Below are positions 1-8,365 of a DNA stretch of 33,348 bases, piece by piece (position 1 is the first letter of the stretch; each line of letters begins with the position of its first letter). Source of the DNA: an uncultured Candidatus Saccharibacteria bacterium (lineage in GTDB: Bacteria > Patescibacteriota > Doudnabacteria > UBA920); contig CAZCTL010000001.1 of NCBI GenBank assembly GCA_964501685.1, forward strand, positions 1-33,348, written 5' to 3'. Position numbers and translations under genes: made by a program. A model generated the notes under the pieces. That model saw only the letters and a program-made list of their open reading frames with translations. It was not told the DNA's origin and made no database searches.

Positions 1-12
1 ATAGGATGTTTT

Positions 13-99
13 ATGTATGTTGCAATTGAAGGGTTCGCCTACTTACTAATGGGCTTTGTTTTGCTCTTTATGTTTAATTTTTTCTTTGGAGATGAATAA
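13..99 (+). CDS. candidate micro-ORF, 28-aa hydrophobic single-pass peptide
   Basis: ATG at 13 sits 6 nt after AGGA (3-6). It translates to MYVAIEGFAYLLMGFVLLFMFNFFFGDE. Its TAA abuts the next ATG. It is below the ORF-track size cutoff. Confidence 0.25.
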   Translation: MYVAIEGFAYLLMGFVLLFMFNFFFGDE

Positions 100-198
100 A
101 TGGAAACGTTAATTATAAACATGCTAATTGGGTATTTAATTTACAAAGCAGTTATTTATGCCGCTATCTTTTTGACAGGGAGGGACCTTGAACAATAA
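100..198 (+). CDS. candidate micro-ORF, 32-aa hydrophobic single-pass peptide
   Basis: ATG at 100 follows GGAG (88-91). It translates to METLIINMLIGYLIYKAVIYAAIFLTGRDLEQ. It overlaps the TTG start of the next gene by 11 nt. Confidence 0.3.
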   Translation: METLIINMLIGYLIYKAVIYAAIFLTGRDLEQ

Positions 199-535
199 AT
201 TAGAAGAAGCAATTGTAAACGGATTCAAAAAAGCAGATGCAGGCAAACTAGACTGGTCACTAATGCCCGAAGACGCTCTAGAACAAGTTGCAAAAGTGCT
301 TATGTTTGGCAAAAAGTATGGAGCGTGGAACTGGCTGGACAACGCAAGCCAAGTTGAATATTCTCGATACACGAATGCCATAGAAAGGCACTTTAAAGCA
401 TACAAGCGCGGTGCAAATAGAGACGCGGAAAGTAACTTACACCATTTAGCACATGTTATTACTAATTGCTTATTTCTTATTACATATGACAGTAGAGAAA
501 TTGGCATCGATAACCGAAAAAAGGACTTGCTATGA
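188..535 (+). CDS. all-alpha NTP pyrophosphohydrolase-like protein (dATP/dGTP diphosphohydrolase N-terminal / DUF5664-type)
   Basis: TTG start follows GGGAGG. The motif string GKLDWSLMP..ALEQVAKVLMFGKKYG..NW...Y..AIERH....RG...D.ES.LHHLAHV..NCLFL matches my memory of this family's consensus (K.d..LiP..al..vA.vl.fGa.KYg..NW...RH...D.eSGl.HlaH...N.lFL). Confidence 0.65.
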   Translation: MNNKLEEAIVNGFKKADAGKLDWSLMPEDALEQVAKVLMFGKKYGAWNWLDNASQVEYSRYTNAIERHFKAYKRGANRDAESNLHHLAHVITNCLFLITYDSREIGIDNRKKDLL

Positions 536-738
536 AACAACCAGAACAGCCACTGCGAGCTATAGTTGATTTTGCAGAGACAGCTATATTACTTGCTGAC
601 CTGGTGCAAGAAGAAGTACGTGCAGGCCTAGATGTACCAGATAAAGTCATTTTGGCACTTAGCAGTTTCAGAGCACAAGAAAAGAAACTTGCAAATGTTC
701 TTGACTTAGTGCTAGCAAATACAGTAACGTTAAATTAA
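532..738 (+). CDS. hypothetical protein
   Basis: ATGA stop/start overlap with the upstream gene; co-oriented; no recognisable motif. Confidence 0.6.
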   Translation: MKQPEQPLRAIVDFAETAILLADLVQEEVRAGLDVPDKVILALSSFRAQEKKLANVLDLVLANTVTLN

Positions 739-773
739 CCCGGAATTATCCGGCTAATCAAAAGGAGGCCATC

Positions 774-1118
774 ATGGCTAACGAAAGAACAAGTTTAAAG
801 GGTACGCAAACAGCAGGAGCAGTTAAGATTGTAAGAGCATCTGCATTGGCAGAAGCTGGAACAACTGGACTAGTTGCGTCAGGTATTTTGGAGAAAATGG
901 AGCCTAACAAGTTTAACCCTGAGAAATCAGATTACTTTGTCAGAGGCGACGACGGAACATTGTTCATTATCAATGAAACAGCTACATTGAAAGCCCAACT
1001 TGGCCAACCAGGAGTTTTGGGCATGAAAATCGAAGTCATTTATCTCGGCAAAAAAGAACCAAAGAAAAAAGGAGGCAAGGCCTATCATGACTTTGAGTGC
1101 TTTACTGTAGCTAGTTAA
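774..1118 (+). CDS. hypothetical protein (Lys-rich C-terminal patch KKEPKKKGGK)
   Basis: Strong SD (AAAGGAGG) 6 nt upstream of ATG; no recognisable motif. Confidence 0.7.
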   Translation: MANERTSLKGTQTAGAVKIVRASALAEAGTTGLVASGILEKMEPNKFNPEKSDYFVRGDDGTLFIINETATLKAQLGQPGVLGMKIEVIYLGKKEPKKKGGKAYHDFECFTVAS

Positions 1119-1188
1119 TATATTTTTCCCACAGGTCCGGTTAAGTATTCCCCCTACTTCTCCGGGCTTTTTAACATTTGGAGTATAT

Positions 1189-3237
1189 ATGCTAATTGCC
1201 CATTCTTATGATGTTGCGGAAAGATTGCTGCTTGAGCTGCTAGACTCTCCATATTTGGCAGTTGATATCGAATCAACAGGCCTGGATACTCGACAAGATG
1301 CAGTTATTGGCATAGGTATTTCAAACGCAACCAAAGGTTTTTACTATTGTACAACCAAAGCAGAAACGTCCGATGTAGCTAAGTTCCTAAGGTTACTCAG
1401 GCCGCTAAAGCTTATTACCTTTAATGGTAGTTTTGATTTCTCCTTTTTGCTCAATAGCTATGGTATTGACTTGGTGCCTAGCATGTATTGTGACGTGCTA
1501 TTACTTAAACATGCATGCGATGAAGATTTTCCTTTAGACCTGAAAGGCATTGCGGCTAATGTGTTTGGCCTAGAAGCGACCAATGAGCAGCAAGAGCTGA
1601 AAGCATCTATAAAAGCTAATGGTGGCGGTGCGAATGAATTCTACAAAGCTGATTTACAAATCCTGGCTAAATACTGCGTCCAAGACTGTCTTCTGACTTA
1701 CAGACTTTTTGAGTACTATAGTCCCAAACTTACAGCCAATGACCTAGATGCTTTCTTTTACCAAGATGAGACTATGCCTTTGTACAAAGAAGTTGTTATC
1801 CCTATGCAACGTCAGGGTATCCGCGTCGACATGGACGCACTAGATGTAGCCTTGGTCAACATTACCAAAGACCTGTCGGACCTAGAGACCCAAATTTACC
1901 AAACTATTTCGCCTGAAATAGATTTGTTTAAATCTTCATTCTTAGACAAAGAATTTCCTTTACTTACCAAAACAGGCAAACCCAGCCGTTGGACACTTAA
2001 GTATAAAAGTCAAGAAGAAGCTTGGAACGCACAAAGCCCTGGTCAACAAATGTTTAATATAGCTTCAAAGCACCACTTAAAACGGCTTTTCTTTGACATT
2101 ATGGACCTGGAGCCTTTGAGTACCACAGAAACCGGCCAACCTCAAGTAGACGAAGAGTTCTTAAGTAGCCGTGTACAGCATCAACCATGGGTGCAGCTGC
2201 TAATAAACTGGAATAAACTGTCCAAAATAAAAGGCACATATTTACAGCGTTTTGCAGATGAGTGTGAAGACGGAATTTTTTACCCACAGTACAAAATGCA
2301 CGGTACGGTGTCCGGCCGCCTTAGTGGCGACTTTCAGCAACTCCCTAGGCCGTTAAAGGGTGAAGGAGTAGTAGCCAAGCATACGTCGGTTATCCGGAGT
2401 CTTTTTGTGCCTAGACCAGGCAACATGCTTATATCTGCTGACTACAACTCTCTAGAGCCGACTATTTTTGCACATGCCTCCGGAGACAAAAAGCTTCAGG
2501 CCATTTTTAACAACAACCAGGACTTTTACTCCGCAGTGGCTATTATGACCGAAGGGCGCAATGAGTTTAGCAGCGATAAATCTGCTCCCAACTACCTAGG
2601 CAACTTAGACCCAGACCTGCGTCAAAAGGCTAAAGCGTATGCCCTGGGGCTGGCCTATGGAATGACCGATTACAAGCTTCAGTTTGAAATTGGAGTGCCT
2701 CAATCCGATGCAGCTAAGTTAGTAAAAAAGTATTTTGATGCATTCCCAGACTTAAAAGCCTGGATGGACAAAAGCCAACTAGACGCATGCCTACTAGGCA
2801 AGGTACGTACCCAAACAGGCCGGGTTCGGCACCTAGGGCAAGCTGTGGCCCTGCATGCTAAATATGGCATAGACCTAAAAGACAGTTTAGCCATATGGAG
2901 CCGGTTCAATGCGACACCTGCGCTATATAAACAAGCCAAGGAAGACCGAAAAGTGTTTACAAACCTGCTTAACAACGCTATTAACTTTCAGGTCCAAGGC
3001 ATGGCCGCGAGCGTCATCAATCGCGCTAGTATTGCTTTAGCCCGAGAAATAAAGTCTCTAGGACTTTCAGCCGCCATAGTGGGCAATGTCCACGACGAAT
3101 TGATTTTGGAATGCTCCGAATCGTGCTTAAAAGAGGTGATATTACTCACAAAACGGGTGATGGAAAATACTATCAAAATAACCGTTCCACTTAAGGTTGA
3201 CCCCAAGGCTGGCCGCACATATAAGGAATGTAAATGA
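1189..3237 (+). CDS. family A DNA polymerase with 3'-5' exonuclease domain
   Basis: Motifs seen: DIESTGLD (Exo I), YCVQDCLLTYRL (Exo III), ISADYNSLEPTIFAH (Pol motif A), RQKAKAYALGLAYGM (motif B), NVHDELILE (motif C). GGAG SD present. Confidence 0.95.
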   Translation: MLIAHSYDVAERLLLELLDSPYLAVDIESTGLDTRQDAVIGIGISNATKGFYYCTTKAETSDVAKFLRLLRPLKLITFNGSFDFSFLLNSYGIDLVPSMYCDVLLLKHACDEDFPLDLKGIAANVFGLEATNEQQELKASIKANGGGANEFYKADLQILAKYCVQDCLLTYRLFEYYSPKLTANDLDAFFYQDETMPLYKEVVIPMQRQGIRVDMDALDVALVNITKDLSDLETQIYQTISPEIDLFKSSFLDKEFPLLTKTGKPSRWTLKYKSQEEAWNAQSPGQQMFNIASKHHLKRLFFDIMDLEPLSTTETGQPQVDEEFLSSRVQHQPWVQLLINWNKLSKIKGTYLQRFADECEDGIFYPQYKMHGTVSGRLSGDFQQLPRPLKGEGVVAKHTSVIRSLFVPRPGNMLISADYNSLEPTIFAHASGDKKLQAIFNNNQDFYSAVAIMTEGRNEFSSDKSAPNYLGNLDPDLRQKAKAYALGLAYGMTDYKLQFEIGVPQSDAAKLVKKYFDAFPDLKAWMDKSQLDACLLGKVRTQTGRVRHLGQAVALHAKYGIDLKDSLAIWSRFNATPALYKQAKEDRKVFTNLLNNAINFQVQGMAASVINRASIALAREIKSLGLSAAIVGNVHDELILECSESCLKEVILLTKRVMENTIKITVPLKVDPKAGRTYKECK

Positions 3238-3671
3238 CCAGAGAATGTAAGAAATGCAAGCAAGAAAAGCCCCTGACCGCCTTTACCCCTAACAAAAGAA
3301 GCAAACTAGGAAGGGAATGGGCGTGCAGGCTATGCACAAGTAGACATGTTCTTGATTGGAGAAGAGGAAAGCCTGAAGTGTACATAAACGGGTATTATAA
3401 GAGGAAGTATGGAGTGACTTATGAGTGGTATAAAACTCAGTTGGAAATTCAAGGAGCTAGATGTGCGATATGTGGTAAATCTGAAACCAGCCGGAACCCG
3501 AACAATAGTGCCATTAAGAGATTATCAGTAGACCATAACCACATTACAGGAGAAGTGCGGCAGCTGCTTTGTAATGGCTGCAACACTGCCTTGGGATGCA
3601 TAAAAGAAGACATATCCCGACTTGAGGCAATGATAGAGTATATAAAAAAGCATAAAAATAGTCCTAAGTAG
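3234..3671 (+). CDS. recombination endonuclease VII family protein
   Basis: CAICG...RLSVDHNHITGEVRQLLCNGCNTALG matches the Endonuclease_7 signature (C.IC...VDHDH.TG.VRGLLC..CN..LG). An N-terminal CKKC...CRLC zinc ribbon is present. ATGA overlap with the polymerase gene. Confidence 0.85.
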   Translation: MTRECKKCKQEKPLTAFTPNKRSKLGREWACRLCTSRHVLDWRRGKPEVYINGYYKRKYGVTYEWYKTQLEIQGARCAICGKSETSRNPNNSAIKRLSVDHNHITGEVRQLLCNGCNTALGCIKEDISRLEAMIEYIKKHKNSPK

Positions 3672-3695
3672 AGATTTTAGCTTGACCGTCGCCCC

Positions 3696-3721
3696 CCACT
3701 GGGCTATTCTATTACCAGTGG
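3696..3721 (+). promoter_or_regulatory. 7-bp stem hairpin whose 3' arm overlaps the SD of the micro-ORF at 3729
   Basis: CCACTGG (3696-3702) and CCAGTGG (3715-3721) flank a 12-nt loop. The right arm runs into GGAGG. No T-tract follows, so it is not a classical terminator. Confidence 0.35.
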
Positions 3722-3728
3722 AGGCCAT

Positions 3729-3812
3729 ATGAAAGTAGTAAAAGTTACCAAAATAAGCCTTAAGCAACTAAACGCCTTAATTGCCGCTGGTTATGTGGTT
3801 CAAATTGTATGA
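3729..3812 (+). CDS. candidate micro-ORF, 27 aa (MKVVKVTKISLKQLNALIAAGYVVQIV)
   Basis: GGAGG lies 5 nt upstream. The stop forms an ATGA overlap with the ClpP-like gene start at 3809. It fills an otherwise empty gap. Confidence 0.45.
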   Translation: MKVVKVTKISLKQLNALIAAGYVVQIV

Positions 3813-4303
3813 TTGGCACTATTCGAATTATCGGCCAAATCAACGACAAGTCCTTTGCCAAGTTTGCCAGGCAAATGGATAAACACAAGTCACAGCCAGT
3901 ATGCATAGAGCTATACAGCGAAGGGGGCGATGAAGACGCTGGCCTTGCTTTCTATGGTAAAATCAAAAACCATTTGCATGAAGTGACCGTTATTGTTCAT
4001 GGAAACTGCAATTCAGCAGCGTTGGCAATACTAGCTGCTGGGGATGTGCGTAAATCAACACCCGAGGCTTCATTTTTGGTACATGATAGTACCATAACAG
4101 TTACAGGCACCGTTGCCGAATTACAAAAGGCAGTAGCAGAACAATTAGCCTGTGAGCATAAATGGGATAAGCTTATGGCCAACGCATCTGATAAGCCCGC
4201 TAGCTTCTGGAGAGAAGTATCTAGCCGGTCTACTATTCTTACAGCAGAAGACGCTTTACAATACGGACTAATTCACACCATACTAGATAAGGATTCCAAA
4301 TGA
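3809..4303 (+). CDS. ClpP-like serine protease (MEROPS S14-like)
   Basis: ELYSEGGDEDAGLAFY and GNCNSAALAILAAGDVRKSTPEASFLVHDS align ungapped with E. coli ClpP INSPGG..AG.AIY and [32 protein letters not shown] (from memory). The Ser and His positions are conserved. The third-triad Asp position appears to be Ser (SRSTILTAEDALQYGLI vs ERDRFLSAPEAVEYGLV). Confidence 0.75.
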   Translation: MIGTIRIIGQINDKSFAKFARQMDKHKSQPVCIELYSEGGDEDAGLAFYGKIKNHLHEVTVIVHGNCNSAALAILAAGDVRKSTPEASFLVHDSTITVTGTVAELQKAVAEQLACEHKWDKLMANASDKPASFWREVSSRSTILTAEDALQYGLIHTILDKDSK

Positions 4304-4866
4304 GACTTACACTAATTTTGTTTATTGCGGTTACTTCATGCGTTACTACCTATAAGCCAAAAGAGCCGTCTATTGTAAGGCTACTAACCAAAGACAAGGA
4401 GTTTATGTGCTCAGGAACTGTCATTGACGCTGACAAGGTAATAACTGCCGCTCATTGCCTAGCTGCAGAGTTTGTGCAGTCAAATACAAACAGAAGTTTC
4501 ATAGTGCCAATTACAGACAAACACGGCAATCAAAGACTAGATATTGCAGTGGTTACCGCTGATGTGTCCAAGTTTGGCAAGGAACTACTGGAAATATCCC
4601 CTACCGAGATATTAAGTACAACATACAAACGTGCATGTGGCTTCCCCGCTGGAGGAGAAATTTACTGTGCGAACTTCAAGGACAACAAACGGGCCTATTT
4701 CCAGTTTAAATGTGAAGTTGATGCATACCCAGGCATGTCAGGTGGCCCTATTTTCTCAAGATGGACAGGCAGAGTTATCGGTGTAATTTCAGCTGTAGAC
4801 GCCGAAGGAGATATGCTATGGTCCCCAGCTACAGAACTATGGTTAACAATCGGGATGCCACAATGA
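4300..4866 (+). CDS. trypsin/chymotrypsin-fold serine protease with lipoprotein signal
   Basis: Triad motifs TAAHC, LDIAVV and GMSGGP are present. The N-terminus MRLTLILFIAVTSC carries a lipobox (V-T-S-C). ATGA overlaps on both sides. Confidence 0.8.
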   Translation: MRLTLILFIAVTSCVTTYKPKEPSIVRLLTKDKEFMCSGTVIDADKVITAAHCLAAEFVQSNTNRSFIVPITDKHGNQRLDIAVVTADVSKFGKELLEISPTEILSTTYKRACGFPAGGEIYCANFKDNKRAYFQFKCEVDAYPGMSGGPIFSRWTGRVIGVISAVDAEGDMLWSPATELWLTIGMPQ

Positions 4867-5429
4867 TTAAAAGTTGGAACGAAGCGGCAGTAGCAGATAG
4901 ACCCGACCACATAAATGTTTATATTAGTAATTTTGGACCTATCCCACCCAGGCATCATATACACCATATAGATAACAATCCTGAGAATAATGACCCGAGC
5001 AACCTGATGGCACTGCCTAGGATTTTTCACAAAAACCTTCATTCCGATTATTATTTTTATTTTAATCTAGCTACTAAAGGCCGAATGAATAAACAAATCC
5101 TACAATCCGTGTTAGACTATTATGCTTCTATGAAATACTCACTACGCAAGAAGTTTTCTGTTGTATTCATGGAATATCTGCTTCTTTCTTACAACCGAGA
5201 AATAAAGCCAGAGCCGGTAAAAGTAGTGTACAAAGATGATGAAAGGTATGTTGCACTCTCAAGAAGGGTAAAAGGAGCTCTTGCGCCATTTCATAAACAG
5301 AATGATTTGTTTTTTGGTGCGGGAGGGGTCTATAATAAGTTATCTAAAGAGCAAGTTGATAAGTGCCTTGAAAAGGTATTGCAGACAATTAGTGAACTTT
5401 ATTCAGAAGTTAAAATGGGGCGAATATGA
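4863..5429 (+). CDS. HNH endonuclease
   Basis: HHIHHIDNNPENNDPSNLMALPRIFHKNLH is an H-N-H motif. I chose the internal ATG at 4863 (ATGA overlap with the upstream stop) rather than the ORF-track start at 4761, which would overlap the protease gene by 106 nt. Confidence 0.75.
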   Translation: MIKSWNEAAVADRPDHINVYISNFGPIPPRHHIHHIDNNPENNDPSNLMALPRIFHKNLHSDYYFYFNLATKGRMNKQILQSVLDYYASMKYSLRKKFSVVFMEYLLLSYNREIKPEPVKVVYKDDERYVALSRRVKGALAPFHKQNDLFFGAGGVYNKLSKEQVDKCLEKVLQTISELYSEVKMGRI

Positions 5430-5758
5430 AAGACCTAGTCAAACATAACTATCCATACTGCTTTTCTGTTGCCTATTGCGAGGGCAAGCGCTTCTTATAC
5501 CAGGCTTACAAAGTAAAGGAAGACCAGCAATTCCTTCTAGGGTTAATAAGGAAAAAAGATAGGAAAAACTTGGATTTTATGGAAGAATTCTATAAAACAC
5601 TAATAAAAGAGGGGCAAAAGGATTCTCAAAAAGACATACACTCTAGGAACGGTTTTCAACTACTACCTCTTTCAGTTACTGGACACCTAGACCCAAGTTC
5701 GGATGAACTTATGAAAGAATTTGAAGAAATTAAAATAAAAAGACGCAAAAATAAATAA
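5426..5758 (+). CDS. hypothetical protein
   Basis: ATGA overlap with the upstream gene; Lys-rich C-terminus; no motif recognised. Confidence 0.6.
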   Translation: MKDLVKHNYPYCFSVAYCEGKRFLYQAYKVKEDQQFLLGLIRKKDRKNLDFMEEFYKTLIKEGQKDSQKDIHSRNGFQLLPLSVTGHLDPSSDELMKEFEEIKIKRRKNK

Positions 5759-5800
5759 CACCATTGAGCCCATATATTGGGTTTAGCCAAAGGAGACAAA

Positions 5801-6001
5801 ATGGAAGACAAGAAGAAACTAGCTAGCCAATTCGCATTTATTCATGAGTGCCTGGTCCAAAAGCAACAATACTTTGTAAATGAGTTTGACATTGCCAAAG
5901 ACAGTATTCGCACTATTACCGAATTGTTCAATAAGCTAAATGACGAAATCAAGGCCGAGGAAGCCTCCAAGGAATCAAATGAAGCCCCAAAAGCCGAGTA
6001 A
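5801..6001 (+). CDS. hypothetical protein (helical, acidic C-terminus)
   Basis: ATG at 5801 lies 5 nt after AGGAG (5791-5795). This is preferred to the TTG at 5777. Confidence 0.55.
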   Translation: MEDKKKLASQFAFIHECLVQKQQYFVNEFDIAKDSIRTITELFNKLNDEIKAEEASKESNEAPKAE

Positions 6002-6155
6002 GCCGGAACCTGTAAAAGACGCTTACAGCATCGAACGTTACCAATCTGGGTATGTAGTAATGAAAAATGGCCAACGCGTTACCGAGCCCAACATGTGGCC
6101 AATTGCCATGAAAGCCTTGGAACGCATGCTCAGGGTGGAAAATGGATTGTTATAA
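5979..6155 (+). CDS. hypothetical protein
   Basis: ATG at 5979 follows AAGGAA. It overlaps the upstream ORF by 23 nt in the +1 frame. Confidence 0.45.
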   Translation: MKPQKPSKPEPVKDAYSIERYQSGYVVMKNGQRVTEPNMWPIAMKALERMLRVENGLL

Positions 6156-6399
6156 CAAAGCTCGCATGTACATAAACCTGCAGGCATGGATTGAAACTGG
6201 CATGGGCACAGCGGACCTGATAATAGATGCGCCATTCCAGAATCCAGAGTATGCGCCTTATGTGGTATCCGAACTGCTTAAAAAGACGCCAACGAAGCAG
6301 ATTCCATATCGTGTATTAGAACGTATTGGCGAAGACCTGGTGGCCCAAAACGAACCAATCCCCAGAAGGAGTATTTGGTGGAGAATCTTAGGCAAATGA
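6142..6399 (+). CDS. hypothetical protein
   Basis: Co-oriented ORF with a 14-nt overlap on the upstream gene; no motif recognised. Confidence 0.55.
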   Translation: MDCYNKARMYINLQAWIETGMGTADLIIDAPFQNPEYAPYVVSELLKKTPTKQIPYRVLERIGEDLVAQNEPIPRRSIWWRILGK

Positions 6400-6701
6400 G
6401 TAATATTATCCTTTTAGGGAGCAAACAAATAGCAGACTTCTTAAACCTATTAGATGCGCAGGGCAAGTTATCTATAACCAATGTGGCCGTTATTGTGTGC
6501 CTATTGAAGTTAGCTTTTGCCCCTGCTGCATCCATTACTGAAGCCGGTACATTGTTAGTTGCTTTAGCCAATTATGCACATAAGAGAATAGTAAACAACA
6601 CTCCAGCAGCACCAGAAGCCGACCCCGAGCTTCAAAAGCAACTGGACGAAATGCAATCAACAGTCAGTAATCTAGCCTTAAAAGCCGGATTAAAGCTTTA
6701 G
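6378..6701 (+). CDS. membrane protein, holin candidate by position (immediately upstream of the terminase genes)
   Basis: GTG at 6378 lies 6 nt after AAGGAG. Alternative starts are TTG 6375 and ATG 6396 (ATGA overlap). Hydrophobic segments are ITNVAVIVCLLKLAFAPAA and AGTLLVALANYA. T7 places holin gp17.5 just before its small terminase. Confidence 0.5.
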   Translation: MENLRQMSNIILLGSKQIADFLNLLDAQGKLSITNVAVIVCLLKLAFAPAASITEAGTLLVALANYAHKRIVNNTPAAPEADPELQKQLDEMQSTVSNLALKAGLKL

Positions 6702-6719
6702 AATAGAGGAAGAATAGAC

Positions 6720-7004
6720 GTGGCAGGACCAAAACAGCCTAAAACAGGTGGCCGAACAGCAGGCACTCCCAATAAGAAAACACTATTAAAGGTATCAGAT
6801 TTCCTTATAGAGAAAGGTATTAACCTAGCTGAGCGTATCTGGGCCAAAATAGAACTAATAGATGACCCAGCTGAGCAGGTCAAAGCTATGATGCAGCTAT
6901 ACAAGTATGTAGAGGCTCCACTGGCACCAGCTGCACCACAAGAACCAGTTGATGCACCACAGTCCCCATGTGACATAATTAGCATAGTTAAAGGCGGAGA
7001 GTGA
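6720..7004 (+). CDS. terS: putative terminase small subunit / DNA-binding packaging protein
   Basis: Sits immediately upstream of TerL and is coupled to it by a GTGA overlap. The basic N-terminus GGRTAGTPNKKT is typical of small-terminase N-termini. The call rests on position and size only. Confidence 0.5.
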   Translation: MAGPKQPKTGGRTAGTPNKKTLLKVSDFLIEKGINLAERIWAKIELIDDPAEQVKAMMQLYKYVEAPLAPAAPQEPVDAPQSPCDIISIVKGGE

Positions 7005-8365
7005 CACCAGTTGAGCAGACAATCCTCAGCTTACACGAAGGCTTAAAGCCAGCCCAGAAGGAAATGTTTATCAGTTTCTTCGGAGGTAAGCATCGCAAGT
7101 CTGTATTTCACTGCGCTCGTAGACTGGGTAAAACTCATTTGTTGTGCATAATTGCGCTGGTCACTGCAATCAACAAACCCAAAGCCCAAATTAGATATGC
7201 AACCTTTACTCAAAAAGCCCTCAAAAAAATGGTCATGCCTATCTTTAAGCAGTTGTTAGGAAATCTTGACAAGAAACTAAAGCCAGCATACAACGTCCAA
7301 GATGGCATGTTTACGTTTCCCAACGGCAGCCAAATACACTTAGCTGGTGTAAACAACGGACATTCAGACGACTTGCGGGGCACCACATCCGACCTAGCAT
7401 TAATTGACGAAGCTGGGTTCGTAGACGAATTAAGTTACCTGGTAGAGTCGGTGCTCATGCCACAGTTGTTGTCTGCCAACGGAAAGCTAATCATGGCGTC
7501 TAGCAGCCCGCTTACGCCTGCCCATGAGTTTGTAGATTATATAAATGAAGCGAAGCTAGACGGTTCTTACAAAAGCTTTGATATACACTCAGGCGGATAT
7601 GCACCAGAACTGCTTAAAGAGTTTTGTGAGGAAGCTGGAGGCGCAACTAGTACCACTTGGCGCAGAGAGTACCTTAACGAAGTGATTGTTGACGAGTCTT
7701 TGGCAGTTATTCCAGATTGGAAATCAGAATATGCAGTGAATGTGCAACACGATGCCTTCTATAACTTTTATCACAGATACACCGCAGCTGACTGGGGCGT
7801 AAGAGACAAGACAGCGGTGCTCTGGGCATATTACGACTTTAGACGTGCAAAGTTAGTAGTAGAAGCAGAATTCACATGCTCCGGCACTGAAAGTACCACT
7901 AGGAACATAGCCGACAAAATCAAAGCTACTGAGAAAATGCTAGGCTATACAAAAATACACCGAAGGCCAGCAGATAACAACGAGTTAATATTACTTCAAG
8001 ACTTGGCTACCGAATTCAACCTGCACTTTTTCCCCACTACTAAAGATACTCTGTCAGCCATGGTTAATGAAGCCCGGCTTTGGGTTAGCAGCGGAAGAGT
8101 AGAAGTAAGCAAGAACTGCCCAGAACTAATTGCATGTTTGCAGTATGGAGTCTACCAAGACGAAAAACGTGACAAGTTTGGACGCTCTAAAGCATTGGGG
8201 CATTACGATGCATTAGCTGCTTTTATTTACTTGGTGCGCAACATAGACCAACATACAAACCCAATTCCACACAATTACGGATACACTGAAAACACATTCG
8301 ACCCTAATACTTGGGAAGACCCTGAATCTAAAACAGTCAAACAAATATTTAACATAGGACAATAA
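7001..8365 (+). CDS. terL: terminase large subunit
   Basis: Motifs seen: ARRLGKTH (Walker A), LALIDEAGF (Walker B), MASSSP (coupling motif), and nuclease Asp motifs AADWGVRDKTA and GHYDALAA. Confidence 0.9.
   Translation: MTPVEQTILSLHEGLKPAQKEMFISFFGGKHRKSVFHCARRLGKTHLLCIIALVTAINKPKAQIRYATFTQKALKKMVMPIFKQLLGNLDKKLKPAYNVQDGMFTFPNGSQIHLAGVNNGHSDDLRGTTSDLALIDEAGFVDELSYLVESVLMPQLLSANGKLIMASSSPLTPAHEFVDYINEAKLDGSYKSFDIHSGGYAPELLKEFCEEAGGATSTTWRREYLNEVIVDESLAVIPDWKSEYAVNVQHDAFYNFYHRYTAADWGVRDKTAVLWAYYDFRRAKLVVEAEFTCSGTESTTRNIADKIKATEKMLGYTKIHRRPADNNELILLQDLATEFNLHFFPTTKDTLSAMVNEARLWVSSGRVEVSKNCPELIACLQYGVYQDEKRDKFGRSKALGHYDALAAFIYLVRNIDQHTNPIPHNYGYTENTFDPNTWEDPESKTVKQIFNIGQ

Noticed and set aside
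1-30. Direct terminal repeats or an overlap between the two window ends.
   Set aside because: The first and last ~30 nt share no visible identity. Completeness and circular permutation are therefore inferred from gene order only.
136-540. 134-aa minus-strand ORF covering the same DNA as the + strand ORF 188-535.
   Set aside because: The + strand product carries a recognisable family motif and an SD, and fits the single-orientation operon. The minus-strand product is Ser/Leu/Phe-rich with no motif or SD.
1119-1188. Possible terminator (…GGTCCGG…CCGGGCTTTTT) before the polymerase gene.
   Set aside because: Only the self-complementary CCGG (4 bp) can pair across a 23-nt loop, which is too weak to call despite the T-run.
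4761-4862. Upstream extension of the HNH ORF (ORF-track start 4761), giving a 222-aa protein.
   Set aside because: It would overlap the protease gene by 106 nt and encodes an Arg/Cys-rich stretch with no SD. The internal ATG at 4863 forms the ATGA stop/start junction used throughout this genome.
5986-5992. Slippery heptamer C CCA AAA in the overlap between ORFs 5801-6001 and 5979-6155, as a possible programmed -1 frameshift.
   Set aside because: The downstream ORF is in the +1 frame relative to the upstream one, not -1. A -1 slip here reads only 7 more codons before a TAA. The downstream ORF also has its own ATG and an AAGGAA SD.
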